Assembly (NCBI GenBank): GCA_963707025.1
Contig: CAVPOM010000006.1
Location: 352,001-416,000 of the forward strand
Direction of reading: 5' to 3'
Length of the DNA stretch: 64,000 nt
DNA from: an uncultured Verrucomicrobiae bacterium
Lineage (GTDB): Bacteria > Verrucomicrobiota > Verrucomicrobiia > Limisphaerales > Palsa-1400
Of the stretch, positions 20,650 through 29,723 are shown in pieces (positions within the stretch are counted from its first letter, which is position 1; every line of letters starts with the position of its first letter). The position numbers and the translations under genes were made by a program. Below the pieces are notes generated by a model that did no database searches, was not told the DNA's origin, and was given only the letters and a program-made list of their open reading frames with translations.

Positions 20650-20686
20650 AGCGGCGCAGTCCTGTGGGGCTGCGCCGTTTTTATTT
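20650..20686 (+). terminator. Rho-independent terminator
   Basis: gcggcgcagtcc-tgtg-gggctgcgccgt stem followed by ttttattt. Confidence 0.85.
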
Positions 20687-20729
20687 GTCCGCCCGGCGAG
20701 GCCGTGGGTTCTTCTTTTTTCGGCGGCCG

Positions 20730-20832
20730 CTCCTCCTCCTAATCTTAATCTTAATCCTAATCTTAATCCCCGCGGTGGCACCGGCCGGAGCAGCCCATTT
20801 ATTTGGATTAAGATTAGGATTAAGATTAGGAG
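20730..20832. repeat. Inverted hexamer tandem repeats (taatct)n ... (gattaa/gattag)n
   Basis: ctaatcttaatcttaatcctaatcttaatc and gattaagattaggattaagattagg; a further copy at 38482-38507. Confidence 0.8.
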
Positions 20833-20884
20833 AATGGCTGCCCGAAGAGTTCGAGTAACCCGCCGGACCGGCGCAATCTCTGCC

Positions 20885-20912
20885 TTGACAGGGCGAAGCG
20901 CGGGGGTAGTCT
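20885..20912 (+). promoter_or_regulatory. Candidate sigma70 promoter TTGACA-N16-TAGTCT
   Basis: Perfect -35 box upstream of the DUF1080 start. Confidence 0.55.
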
Positions 20913-20938
20913 TGCCCTCATCCAATCATTCTAATTCT

Positions 20939-21682
20939 ATGAAATCAAAAACATTCAGTCTTTGGACGGTCGGGACGGCGGCTTTGCTGGCGCTCAATGT
21001 GTGCGGGCCGGCGGCGGCGGCCGAGGACGCAAAACCCAACACCCTCACGGCGGAGGAAAAGGCGGCGGGCTGGCAGTTGCTGTTTAACGGCACCAATTTC
21101 GACGGCTGGCATAATTACCACAGGACGGGGATGAGCCCCGGATGGGTGATTGAGGACGGTGCCATGGTTGACAAGCAACACGGTGGCGACATCGTCACGA
21201 GCGATGAGTATAGCTGGTTCGAGTTGCAATTGGATTACAAGGCATCAGCGGAATGCAACAGCGGCATTATGTATCACGTGAATACCAGCGGCCCTGCCAT
21301 CTGGTCCACCGGCCCGGAATTTCAGTTGGAAGACAACGCCACCGCCGACGACCCCGTCCGTAGCGGCTGGTTGTATGCCCTTTATCAACCGCCCAATGAC
21401 CCGGCCACTGGCAAGCCCCTGGACGCCACCCATCCGACCGACCACTGGAACCACGTCCGTTTGCTCGTAACCCCGGAGAAGTGCGAACACGACATTAACG
21501 GAGTCAAGTATTTCGAGTACGTGCTGCACAGCGACGACTTCAACAACCGGGTGGCGCGCAGCAAATTCTCCAGAATGCCGGGATTCGCGAAATCGGATGT
21601 CGGGTTTATCGGTTTGCAAGGCGACCATCCAGGCGCCGTTGCCTTCCGCAACATCAAAATCCGGCCCGTCCTGGCCAAATAA
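20939..21682 (+). CDS. DUF1080 (3-keto-disaccharide hydrolase) family protein
   Basis: NTLTAEEKAAGWQLLFNG, NSGIMY, GPEFQLED, WNHVRL, GFIGLQGDH, FRNIKIR. Confidence 0.92.
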   Translation: MKSKTFSLWTVGTAALLALNVCGPAAAAEDAKPNTLTAEEKAAGWQLLFNGTNFDGWHNYHRTGMSPGWVIEDGAMVDKQHGGDIVTSDEYSWFELQLDYKASAECNSGIMYHVNTSGPAIWSTGPEFQLEDNATADDPVRSGWLYALYQPPNDPATGKPLDATHPTDHWNHVRLLVTPEKCEHDINGVKYFEYVLHSDDFNNRVARSKFSRMPGFAKSDVGFIGLQGDHPGAVAFRNIKIRPVLAK

Positions 21683-21695
21683 AATTGGGAGGAAT

Positions 21696-24452
21696 ATGAA
21701 ACAGCGCTGCAGGCTGGCTGTCAGTTGCATCCTCGCCGGCGGGCTGATCGCCTCCGGCGCGAACCCGGCGCAGGCCCCGTCCCCGGAGCCAAAGAAAGTG
21801 GCCGCGGTGGAAGGGATCACCGAGTACCAACTCGACAACGGGCTGCGGGTGCTCTTGTTTCCCGACCCGTCGCAATCCAAAGTGACGGTGAACATGACGG
21901 CGCTGGTTGGCTCGCGCCAGGAAGGTTACGGGGAGACGGGGATGGCGCATTTGCTGGAGCACATGCTCTTCAAAGGCACGCCCACCCATCCGTTCATCCC
22001 CAAGGAACTGCAGGAGCATGGCGCCACCTTCAACGGCAGCACCTCCAGCGACCGCGTCAATTATTATGAGACCCTGGCCGACAGCGGCACCAACCTGGAG
22101 TTTGCCATCGCTCTGGAGGCCGACCGCCTGGTCAACAGCACCATCAAGAAGGAAGACCTGGATTCGGAGATGACGGTGGTGCGCAATGAATTCGAGCGCG
22201 GCGAGAATTCGCCCCAGGGCGTGCTGATGGAGCGCATCCAGGAAGTCGCCTACGACTGGCATAATTACGGCAAACCGACCATCGGCAACCGCACCGACAT
22301 CGAGCGGGTGCCGGTGGACAATCTGCGCGCCTTTTACCGCAAGTATTATCAGCCGGACAACATCGTGCTGGTGGTCGCCGGCCGATTTGAGGAGGGCAGG
22401 GGATTGGCGCTGGTGCAGAAGTATTTCGGGCCTATCCCGCGCCCGGCCCGCAAGCTGGACACGACCTGGACCGAGGAACCGCCCCAGGACGGCGAGCGGT
22501 TGGTGACCTTGCGGCGGGTCGGCGAACTGGGCGTGGTGGGCGTGGCCTATCATATTCCGGCCGGGCCGCACGAGGATTCGGCGGCGTTGGAAGTGCTGGC
22601 CAACATCCTCAGCAGCCAGCCTTCCGGCCGGTTATACAAGGCGCTGGTCGAGACCAAGAAAGCCTCCAGCGTCTCCGCCTCCGCCCGCGCCGAACATGAT
22701 CCGGGACTGATGACGATGACCGCGCCGGTGACGCGCGACAGCCCGGTGGAAGAAGTGCGCGACATTTTGCTCGCAACCGTCGAGGGGATCGGCGCCCAGG
22801 GCGTCACGCCGGAGGAGGTCAGCCGGGCCAGGCAACAGATTCTCAAAGCCCGCGAGCGCGCGGCGATGGACACCACCCGGATCGGCGTCTCGCTCAGCGC
22901 GTGGATCGCGCAGGGAGATTGGCGGCTTTATTTTCTAAACCGCGACCGTGTGGAAAAAGTCACGCCCGAAGCGGTGCAAGCGGTGGCGGCGCACTATTTG
23001 CAACGCAACAACCGGACCGTCGGCCTGTTTATTCCCACCGGCAAAGCCGAGCGCGTGGCCATTCCCGCCACGCCGGATTTGGCGGCTCTGGTGGCGGATT
23101 ACAAAGGCCGTCCGCCCATCGCCGAGGGCGAGGCGTTTGAAGCCACCCCGGCGAATATCGAGGCGCGGGCGCAAAGGCAGGAGATGCCCGAAGGCATCAA
23201 AGTGACCCTCTTGCCAAAAAAGACGCGCGGCGCGGAGGTGCATGTCACCCTCCAGCTTCATTTCGGCAATGAAGACAATCTCAAGGGCCTGGCCGCGGCG
23301 GGCGAATTTCTCCCCCGGCTCATGGAGCGCGCCACCAAGCAGTTGGATCAACAACACTTGCGCGACAAGCTCGACGAACTGGGCGCGACCCTCAACGGCG
23401 GCGGCAGCCAGGGCGAAGTGAGCTTTTCCATTCAGGCCAAACACGACACGCTCCCGGCGGCGCTGGAAATTCTGCGCCAGGTTCTGCGCGAACCGGCCCT
23501 GCCCGCCGATCAATTCGAGGTGCTCAAACGCCAGCAACTGGCCGCCCTGCAACGCTCCCGCACCGAACCCGACGCCCTGGCCGCCCGGAGCCTGAGCCGC
23601 GATTTGCACCCATATCCCAAGGACAACATCCGCTACGTTCCCACGATTGACGAAGAGATTGAACGGGTGCGCAATGCCACTTGCGATCAAGTCACCCAAC
23701 TTTATCGCGACTACCTGGGTTCCCAAGCGGGTGAACTGACCATCGTGGGCGATTTCGATGCCAACGCCTGTTTGCCGATCCTGAAAACGGCGCTGGCCGG
23801 CTGGACCGCCGCCCAACCCTATGCGCGCATCGCCATGCCGCTGGCCACCGCAGTGCCCGGCTCCCAACACACCATCAACACCCCGGACAAGGCCAACGCC
23901 ACTTATACCGCCGGACTGGAATTCGCCATGAACGACGACGATGCCGATTACCCGGCCTTGGTCATGGGCGATTACATTCTCGGAGCCGGCACCCTCTCCT
24001 CCCGCCTCGGCGTGCGCATCCGGCAGAAAGACGGGCTTTCTTATGGAGTGACTTCCAGATTCTCCGCCTCGGCCCTGGATCAGCGGGCCAGCTTTGGCAT
24101 CACGGCGATATGCAATCCCAAGAACATTGACCGCCTCCGCCAGGACGTGCAGGAGGAACTGGCCCGCCTGCTGCGCGAGGGCGTGACGCAGGAAGAATTG
24201 GACAACGCCCGCCAGGGCTATTTGCAAGCGCGCAAGGTGACCCGCTCGACCGACACCGCGCTGGCCGGCCAGCTTGCGACCCTGCGCTACGAGGGCCGGA
24301 CCATGGCGCGCCAGGCGGAGTTGGAAAAGAAAATCGAGGCCCTGACGCCCGATCAAATTGTGGCCGCGCTGCGCCGGCACATTGATCCAAAGAAACTGGT
24401 GATTGTCACCGCAGGCGATTTCGAAACCAAAACCGCCGAGAACCGGAATTGA
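21696..24452 (+). CDS. M16 family zinc peptidase (pitrilysin/PqqL-like)
   Basis: Inverted zinc motif HLLEH, NGSTSSDRVNYYE, VVRNEFE, YYQPDN; duplicated half. Confidence 0.95.
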   Translation: MKQRCRLAVSCILAGGLIASGANPAQAPSPEPKKVAAVEGITEYQLDNGLRVLLFPDPSQSKVTVNMTALVGSRQEGYGETGMAHLLEHMLFKGTPTHPFIPKELQEHGATFNGSTSSDRVNYYETLADSGTNLEFAIALEADRLVNSTIKKEDLDSEMTVVRNEFERGENSPQGVLMERIQEVAYDWHNYGKPTIGNRTDIERVPVDNLRAFYRKYYQPDNIVLVVAGRFEEGRGLALVQKYFGPIPRPARKLDTTWTEEPPQDGERLVTLRRVGELGVVGVAYHIPAGPHEDSAALEVLANILSSQPSGRLYKALVETKKASSVSASARAEHDPGLMTMTAPVTRDSPVEEVRDILLATVEGIGAQGVTPEEVSRARQQILKARERAAMDTTRIGVSLSAWIAQGDWRLYFLNRDRVEKVTPEAVQAVAAHYLQRNNRTVGLFIPTGKAERVAIPATPDLAALVADYKGRPPIAEGEAFEATPANIEARAQRQEMPEGIKVTLLPKKTRGAEVHVTLQLHFGNEDNLKGLAAAGEFLPRLMERATKQLDQQHLRDKLDELGATLNGGGSQGEVSFSIQAKHDTLPAALEILRQVLREPALPADQFEVLKRQQLAALQRSRTEPDALAARSLSRDLHPYPKDNIRYVPTIDEEIERVRNATCDQVTQLYRDYLGSQAGELTIVGDFDANACLPILKTALAGWTAAQPYARIAMPLATAVPGSQHTINTPDKANATYTAGLEFAMNDDDADYPALVMGDYILGAGTLSSRLGVRIRQKDGLSYGVTSRFSASALDQRASFGITAICNPKNIDRLRQDVQEELARLLREGVTQEELDNARQGYLQARKVTRSTDTALAGQLATLRYEGRTMARQAELEKKIEALTPDQIVAALRRHIDPKKLVIVTAGDFETKTAENRN

Positions 24453-24468
24453 GTTGCGTCACTGGCTG

Positions 24469-24562
24469 ATACCGTTTCCAGTTTGCTTTTGCACTGTAGC
24501 GGCGGTCTGTGACCGCCGCCAATCGCCTTGGCAATAGTGCAGTTACGAACTGGAAACGGTAT
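24469..24562 (+). mobile_element. 94-bp MITE-like element, copy 1
   Basis: 15-bp terminal inverted repeats ataccgtttccagtt / aactggaaacggtat; internal tgtagcggcggtc..gaccgccgc hairpin; near-identical inverted copy at 41037-41130. Confidence 0.85.
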
Positions 24563-24652
24563 GAGTGGGTGAAGAACCTTTAAGACTGATGCCCGGCACG
24601 CCATGAAAGTGTGCCGCCAATTCCGTTTGGAGGCGCGGCGCGCCTTGGGGCT

Positions 24653-24808
24653 TTAATTGACACGATTGGTCTCCAAAATCAAGGCCAGCGCTTCTTTCAA
24701 GTTGGCGCGCGCCTCCGCCAGCGTGGCGCCCTGAGTGTTGACTCCAGGCACCTCTTCCACATAAGCCGCCCACCACTTGCCGCACTTTCGATAAACCGCT
24801 GTGAACAT
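24653..24808 (-). CDS. hicB: Short orphan HicB-family antitoxin (possibly truncated)
   Basis: MFTAVYRKCGKWWAAYVEEVPGVNTQGATLAEARANLKEALALILE. Confidence 0.85.
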   Translation of the reverse strand: MFTAVYRKCGKWWAAYVEEVPGVNTQGATLAEARANLKEALALILETNRVN

Positions 24809-25056
24809 GTTCAAATGATAAAGCCAAACCCCCGCATAAGCAAGCCGCGCGTAATACGGCAGCCATGCGTGGTAGGATAAGGCGTAGGATTCGAGAAATA
24901 GAGGTTTTTTGTCAAATCTTTCCATTGCTTAAACCACGTCAATCCCCTTGATTTTACAGGGGAAAACTCACTTTTCTCCAATCCGCCGGGGAGCTTCGAG
25001 AAAACCATGTAAGTGGCACAAAAAGTGGCGCAAATTAAAACATGCGATTAACGGGC

Positions 25057-25251
25057 TCAATCTTTGCCAGGCAATGGTATGCCGAGTGCCCGGCATATTT
25101 TTCTCGCCAGCAAATCGGGGATTTCGCTCTGGCGCGGAATTGGCTCGCGGCGACCGGTGCTTGGATTCCAATAAATGGAATGAGCGCCCCCTTCCCGTTT
25201 GAACGGACACCCGTGCGCTTCATGGTGCCGGATGAGTTCGCGGCGCTTCAA
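25057..25251 (-). CDS. hicA: HicA-family toxin
   Basis: MKRRELIRH..HGC..REGGAHSIY.NP...IPR..EI...LARKICRALGI; overlaps the hicB stop. Confidence 0.9.
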   Translation of the reverse strand: MKRRELIRHHEAHGCPFKREGGAHSIYWNPSTGRREPIPRQSEIPDLLARKICRALGIPLPGKD

Positions 25252-25505
25252 GCCGGTTCCAATAGCTGAGAGTCCTTGGGTAGCTTACGGGCGGCGTCTT
25301 CCCGCCGATCTTCCATAAGCAACAAAATCGCCTGTTTCAAACTCTGCACGCAATCTTCAGGGGTCCGCCCCTGGCCGTTGGCCTCAGGCACTTCCGGGCA
25401 GAATCCAACATGCCATTCTCCGTCGCGGTGTATTTCCGCCGTCAACTTTAGGCCCATGCCGAAAGTAAAATCCTGTGTGCGCTGAGGATGGCCTTTTTTC
25501 TTCAT
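25248..25505 (-). CDS. hicB: HicB-family antitoxin (alternative start 25457)
   Basis: LTAEIHRDGEWHVGFCPEVPEANGQGRTPEDCVQSLKQAI. Confidence 0.9.
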   Translation of the reverse strand: MKKKGHPQRTQDFTFGMGLKLTAEIHRDGEWHVGFCPEVPEANGQGRTPEDCVQSLKQAILLLMEDRREDAARKLPKDSQLLEPA

Positions 25506-25592
25506 TCATTGCTTCTCATTCCCGGATGCGCCGGGCCGCTGCAAACGCGTGTTCACGCCCTAAAATACGCCGCTCAGGCCGGGTGTCAAAGG

Positions 25593-25772
25593 TCAAAAAC
25601 CGTGCGTGGGCGGGGCGTGGCGGTCGTCCTGATCCCTGACTTTGGCGGCCAGTTCGGCCAGAGCTTCTCCGGGGATGTCTCCGTGATCCAGGCGGTTCAG
25701 CCAGACCACGAATTCATGGCGCTCGCTCCCCGGCAACGCCATCACATTATCTTTTAATTCAGCCAAGCTCAT
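25593..25772 (-). CDS. Unlisted 59-aa ORF resembling addiction-module antitoxins
   Basis: Translated by hand: MSLAELKDNVMALPGSERHEFVVWLNRLDHGDIPGEALAELAAKVRDQDDRHAPPTHGF. Confidence 0.55.
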   Translation of the reverse strand: MSLAELKDNVMALPGSERHEFVVWLNRLDHGDIPGEALAELAAKVRDQDDRHAPPTHGF

Positions 25773-26104
25773 CCGCGCTTCATCGTGCAGCGATCATCGT
25801 TGCTTTTGTCCATCCGCCTGCATCTGCGTGATCTGCGGTCCAAGGTCCTTTCCCGTTCCCTGCCGCGTGAGGTGGACCCCATCCTTTAGACCACGGAGCG
25901 CATGAAATAAGCGCGACTTTTGCCGATTGCTGTCATTACTAATTGTAGTTGACTACTGTTCATTCCGTGTTTCAAAACCCTTTCGAAAGAGAGAACGAGC
26001 GATGCGGAGCACTGCCCGTCCTCCCTCTCCGTTTTCTTAGGGTTCTCAACTCTACCGCCGCAGGCGGTCTGATTTCAAGCCTTTTCCTGCCGCCTGCCTC
26101 TCTG

Positions 26105-26959
26105 TCAAGTGCTGCGATCGCTCCTGCCTCTGGCAGGTTGCATCGCTTCCCATTTGGCCGGTTGGGCTCCATGCGTGCCGGGATCAAAATACGCGTCCGC
26201 CGGCGTCGCATAGCCCAACGCCTGGTGCGGTCGTTCCCGGTTGTAGCCGTCAAACCACCGGCCCAGTCCGCGCCCTGCCGCCAACCCGTCGCCATAGTCT
26301 TGCAAATAAATGTCCTCATACTTGGCGCTCCGCCACAGCCGCTCGATAAACCGGTTGTCCATCCAGCAACCCCGTCCGTCCATGCTCACGTCCACCCCCG
26401 CCGATTCCACCGCATCGATAAACATCGGGGAGGTGAACTGCGATCCCTGGTCGGTATTGGAAATCAACGGCGCCTGACGCCCCGCCCGCAACGCCGCCTC
26501 CCAAGCGTCCACACAAAAGTCCGCCTCCAACGTGTTGCTCAAGCGCCATCCCAGCACGTAACGACTCCACCAATCCATCACCGCCACCAAATACATAAAC
26601 CCAGTTGCCATAGGCACATACGTAATGTCCGAACACCAAACCTGATCCGGTCCCGTCACTGCCAAATTGCGTAACAGATACGGATAAATCTGGTGCCCCA
26701 TCTCCCGCAGACTCGTCTTGGGCTTGGCGTAAATCGCCTCGATCCCCATCAACCGCAGCAGCCGCACCACCCGTTTGCGATTGATGGTCAAACCCTCCCG
26801 GCGCAACAGCACGGTCAGTTTGCGGCTGCCATAAACCGGGTGGTCCAAATGCATCTGGTCCAACCGCCGCATCAGCGCCAGGTTCTCCTCTGTCTCCGGA
26901 CAGCACTGGTAATAATAACTGCCACGGCACACCGCCAGCAGCTCGCACTGGCGCCGCAC
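26105..26959 (-). CDS. IS3 transposase OrfB (DDE integrase core)
   Basis: WCSDITY, NTDQGSQF, DNRFIERLWRSAKYE. Confidence 0.95.
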   Translation of the reverse strand: MRRQCELLAVCRGSYYYQCCPETEENLALMRRLDQMHLDHPVYGSRKLTVLLRREGLTINRKRVVRLLRLMGIEAIYAKPKTSLREMGHQIYPYLLRNLAVTGPDQVWCSDITYVPMATGFMYLVAVMDWWSRYVLGWRLSNTLEADFCVDAWEAALRAGRQAPLISNTDQGSQFTSPMFIDAVESAGVDVSMDGRGCWMDNRFIERLWRSAKYEDIYLQDYGDGLAAGRGLGRWFDGYNRERPHQALGYATPADAYFDPGTHGAQPAKWEAMQPARGRSDRST

Positions 26960-26991
26960 GCTGAGCTGCGGATCGGGAGCGATTAAACATG

Positions 26992-27282
26992 TTAAAGCCC
27001 CAGTTGCCTGGACTTTTTTTTAAGCCAGTCCAAGTCCACCGTCAGTTGGCCAATCTTCTCATGCAGTTGGGCAATCAACTGTTCCTGATCCTCCGTGCGG
27101 GGTTGCCCGGGCTCAAACAATTCGGGCATGTGATCCCGAATCGTCGCCCGCCACTGCGTGACCTGCGCCGGATGCACCGCATACTCTCGCGCCAATTGCG
27201 CGACCGTCTTCAGCCCCACCAGGGCTTCGAATCCCACTTTGGCCTTGAAGGCCGCACTGTGTCTTTTCCGTTTTGCTTTCAT
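26992..27282 (-). CDS. IS3 transposase OrfA (HTH)
   Basis: KRKRHSAAFKAKV, LAREYAVHP, KIGQLTVDLDWLKKK. Confidence 0.95.
   Translation of the reverse strand: MKAKRKRHSAAFKAKVGFEALVGLKTVAQLAREYAVHPAQVTQWRATIRDHMPELFEPGQPRTEDQEQLIAQLHEKIGQLTVDLDWLKKKSRQLGL
27013..27021 (-). other. -1 programmed frameshift site A8G of the IS3 element
   Basis: A -1 shift at AAAAAAAAG gives KKVQATGALTCLIAPDPQLSVRRQCELL, in frame with OrfB. Confidence 0.85.
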
Positions 27283-27385
27283 AAGTCTGCTCTTTCTTAT
27301 CTACAGCAAACCGGCAAAAATCGAAACTTACCTGTGGTCTAAAAATAGGGGTCCAGCTCAGCGCTTCATTCTGCGCCAAAATCTC

Positions 27386-27482
27386 ACCACCGATTTCACG
27401 GATTCCACGGATAAGGATTTTGCATTCTGCATTCTGCATTCTGCATTCAGAACATCCGTGTCATCACTGCAATCCGTGGTTC
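27386..27482. repeat. Palindromic cacggat-type element enclosing (tgcattc)4
   Basis: accaccgatttcacggattccacggat ... tgcattc x4 (27421-27448) ... atccgtgtcatcactgcaatccgtggt. Confidence 0.75.
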
Positions 27483-28152
27483 AATCCTCTGCAGTTGCGG
27501 CTGTCCGCTTCGGTTGGCCCGGATTCCTGCCAGCGCGCTTCCGCCGACTCATCAAACGCCAACTCCGTGAATTTCCGCAACAAATCCGAATCCGCCGCCA
27601 TCATCTTCTTTTTCCCCGCCTCATCCAGAACCGAGTAAACTGAAATACGCAAAATACCCGAGCCAGAGAATATCGGCGGAAAAACTTTGCAATTTTCGCG
27701 TGTTTCGCGTGTTTCGCGGTTAAAAGAATTTCTTCCGGTCTGCGCAAAAACAGCCGCCGGTTCTTCTCGAAGAGGATGTCAGAAATATCCAGTCAGAAAT
27801 ATAACAAACCCTGCCCCCCGTTCAGAGCGAAGCGGGCCAATTTCATTTTTTTGCCTCGATTTTTCTGACATGGCCTTCTTAGATACGGAAACGGGTCTTG
27901 CGCAAACTCCCGCAACATCATTGCCGCCGCTCCGCTTTCAAACTGGCCCTTGCCAAACACCAAGGCCACAGGAACGTACATTAAGGCAGGCGGAAGTCGG
28001 GCCACTGGAGCATGTATAAGATTCTATAATGAGTAGAATAAGCCACGCTGCTACCTTAACAACTACGCAAATAAAGCTAGACCTCTCAACCTGAGCATGG
28101 CACACTCCCCCCAAGCAACACAATACCATTTGAAAGCGAAAGGGGGAACACC

Positions 28153-29556
28153 ATGCAAGAACAAACACCAACGGGCCAGCCACAGGCAGGCAAAGGAGGG
28201 ATTTACGAACAAATCACGCCCGCGGAGCACGAGGTCAATCTCAAGCAACTGTTGCAGACCATTGAGTCCACCATAAAAGCCCACGTCGTTATCGCGGAGG
28301 ATGCAGCCAAGGCCTTGGCCGCGTGGGTTCTGCACACCTACGTCTTCGTCGAGAGGGAAGCCGTCGCCTACGTGGCCATCCAGTCGCCCGAGAAAAGGTG
28401 CGGCAAAACAACTCTGCTCTCAGTGCTGGCGGGGCTGGCGTCAAAGCCGCTCGTCGCCTCCAACATCAGCGTCGGCGCCCTCTTCCGGGCCATAGACGAA
28501 GCCCACCCCACCCTCATGATAGACGAAGCCGATACGTTCCTCGGCAGAAACAGCGCCATGCGCGGCATCCTCAACGCCGGCAACACCAGGCGGACCGCCT
28601 TCGTCTTAAGGCTGGCGCGCAGAAACGCCAAGGAACAACCGGAGGGCGGGCAGCAACAGGACAGACCGCCGTCCATCGTCGTCCGGTTTTCATGCTGGTG
28701 CCCAAAGGTCATCGCCATGATCGGGCGAGTGCCGGAAACGTTGGCCGACAGGTCCATCGTCGTCAACATGGAGCGCAAACTCGTCTCCGAGCGGTGCGTT
28801 CCTCTCGCTCAGTTCAACCCGGGGCCAATCAAGCGCGCCTGCAAGCGTTGGGCCGACGACCACGCCAGGCAGGTGCGCGAGTGGCCCAGGCGCGTCCTGC
28901 CCGAGGTCAACGACCGGGCCAGCGACACCTTCGAGCCGCTCCTGGTCATCGCGGAAATGGCAGGCGCGGATGTTTACGAAAAAGTGAGGCAAGCCGCCAT
29001 AAAGCTCTGCGGTCACGCCAACACCGAACCGGAAGCCGCTGGCCTAATGCTTGACATCATGACCGTCTTCATCTTCCGCAAAACCAACAGGCTCTTCAGC
29101 CACGACCTGGCACAGGCCCTCAAAGGCAAGTCCGGTTGGATTGCCTACGATGTCACGAGCCGGGGGGCCGTCACAGAGCTCAACATAGCCACCACGCTCA
29201 GGAAATACGGCATCCGCCCAACCACCGTCCGCATCGGCCCGGAGGTCAGCAGAGGCTACAAATGGGAGGATTTTCGGGATGCCCTCGACCACTATGTCCC
29301 TAAGCAAGAAGTGGCAAGGAAGCTCCAAGAACTCCACGCCATGAACGACCTCGCTCTCGAAGCGCAAAAGGAAAAAGAGGCGCTGGCAGCCGCCAAGGCC
29401 GCTCAGGAGGCGGTTGATGGGCAAAACAAGGAAAAAGCCGTCGCGCAGATCATGGCCAGCATCGAAGGGGCCAATGACAGGGAGCAACTCATCGAAGACC
29501 TGACCGATCTGATGAAGGGCCGTAAGTTGGATGTAACAAAATGTAACGGGGTGTAA
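28153..29556 (+). CDS. DUF3631-domain P-loop protein (mobile-element replication/helicase-like)
   Basis: ALAAWVLHTY, Walker A SPEKRCGKTT, Walker B LMIDEAD, GILNAG, TLADRSI, NDRASD..EPLL, C-terminal LRKYGIRP..RGY; RBS ggggg. Confidence 0.85.
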   Translation: MQEQTPTGQPQAGKGGIYEQITPAEHEVNLKQLLQTIESTIKAHVVIAEDAAKALAAWVLHTYVFVEREAVAYVAIQSPEKRCGKTTLLSVLAGLASKPLVASNISVGALFRAIDEAHPTLMIDEADTFLGRNSAMRGILNAGNTRRTAFVLRLARRNAKEQPEGGQQQDRPPSIVVRFSCWCPKVIAMIGRVPETLADRSIVVNMERKLVSERCVPLAQFNPGPIKRACKRWADDHARQVREWPRRVLPEVNDRASDTFEPLLVIAEMAGADVYEKVRQAAIKLCGHANTEPEAAGLMLDIMTVFIFRKTNRLFSHDLAQALKGKSGWIAYDVTSRGAVTELNIATTLRKYGIRPTTVRIGPEVSRGYKWEDFRDALDHYVPKQEVARKLQELHAMNDLALEAQKEKEALAAAKAAQEAVDGQNKEKAVAQIMASIEGANDREQLIEDLTDLMKGRKLDVTKCNGV

Positions 29557-29607
29557 CGGGGGCACTTTTCGTAAACCGTTGATAATCAACAACTGTAACG
29601 GTGTAAC
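29532..29607. repeat. Five TGTAAC direct repeats around an IHF-consensus site
   Basis: TGTAAC at 29532, 29542, 29552, 29594, 29602; minus strand 29572-29584 reads TATCAACGGTTTA (WATCAANNNNTTR). Confidence 0.75.
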
Positions 29608-29723
29608 GGTCGTAATGCATCTCACCCTGCCTGCAAGAGTGGGTGTCGAACAAGTCGCCCCCCACATTTGCTGGCCAACCCAAAGTCGCAAACCTTTCCC
29701 GGTCCATCAGGTTTGGAAGAAAA

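Larger units (their letters stand above)
25868..27360 (-). mobile_element. Complete IS3-family insertion sequence (1493 bp)
   Basis: Terminal IRs TGAG(G/C)TGGACCCC...TTTAGACCAC at both ends; 3-bp direct repeat GCG (25865-67 and 27361-63); orfA/orfB. Confidence 0.95.

Noticed and set aside
20730..29607. CRISPR array among the tandem repeats (20730, 27421, 29532)
   Set aside because: Units are 6-10 bp without unique 25-45 bp spacers, and there are no cas genes.
24469..29700. Prophage or complete integrative element
   Set aside because: No integrase, structural genes or flanking att duplication found.
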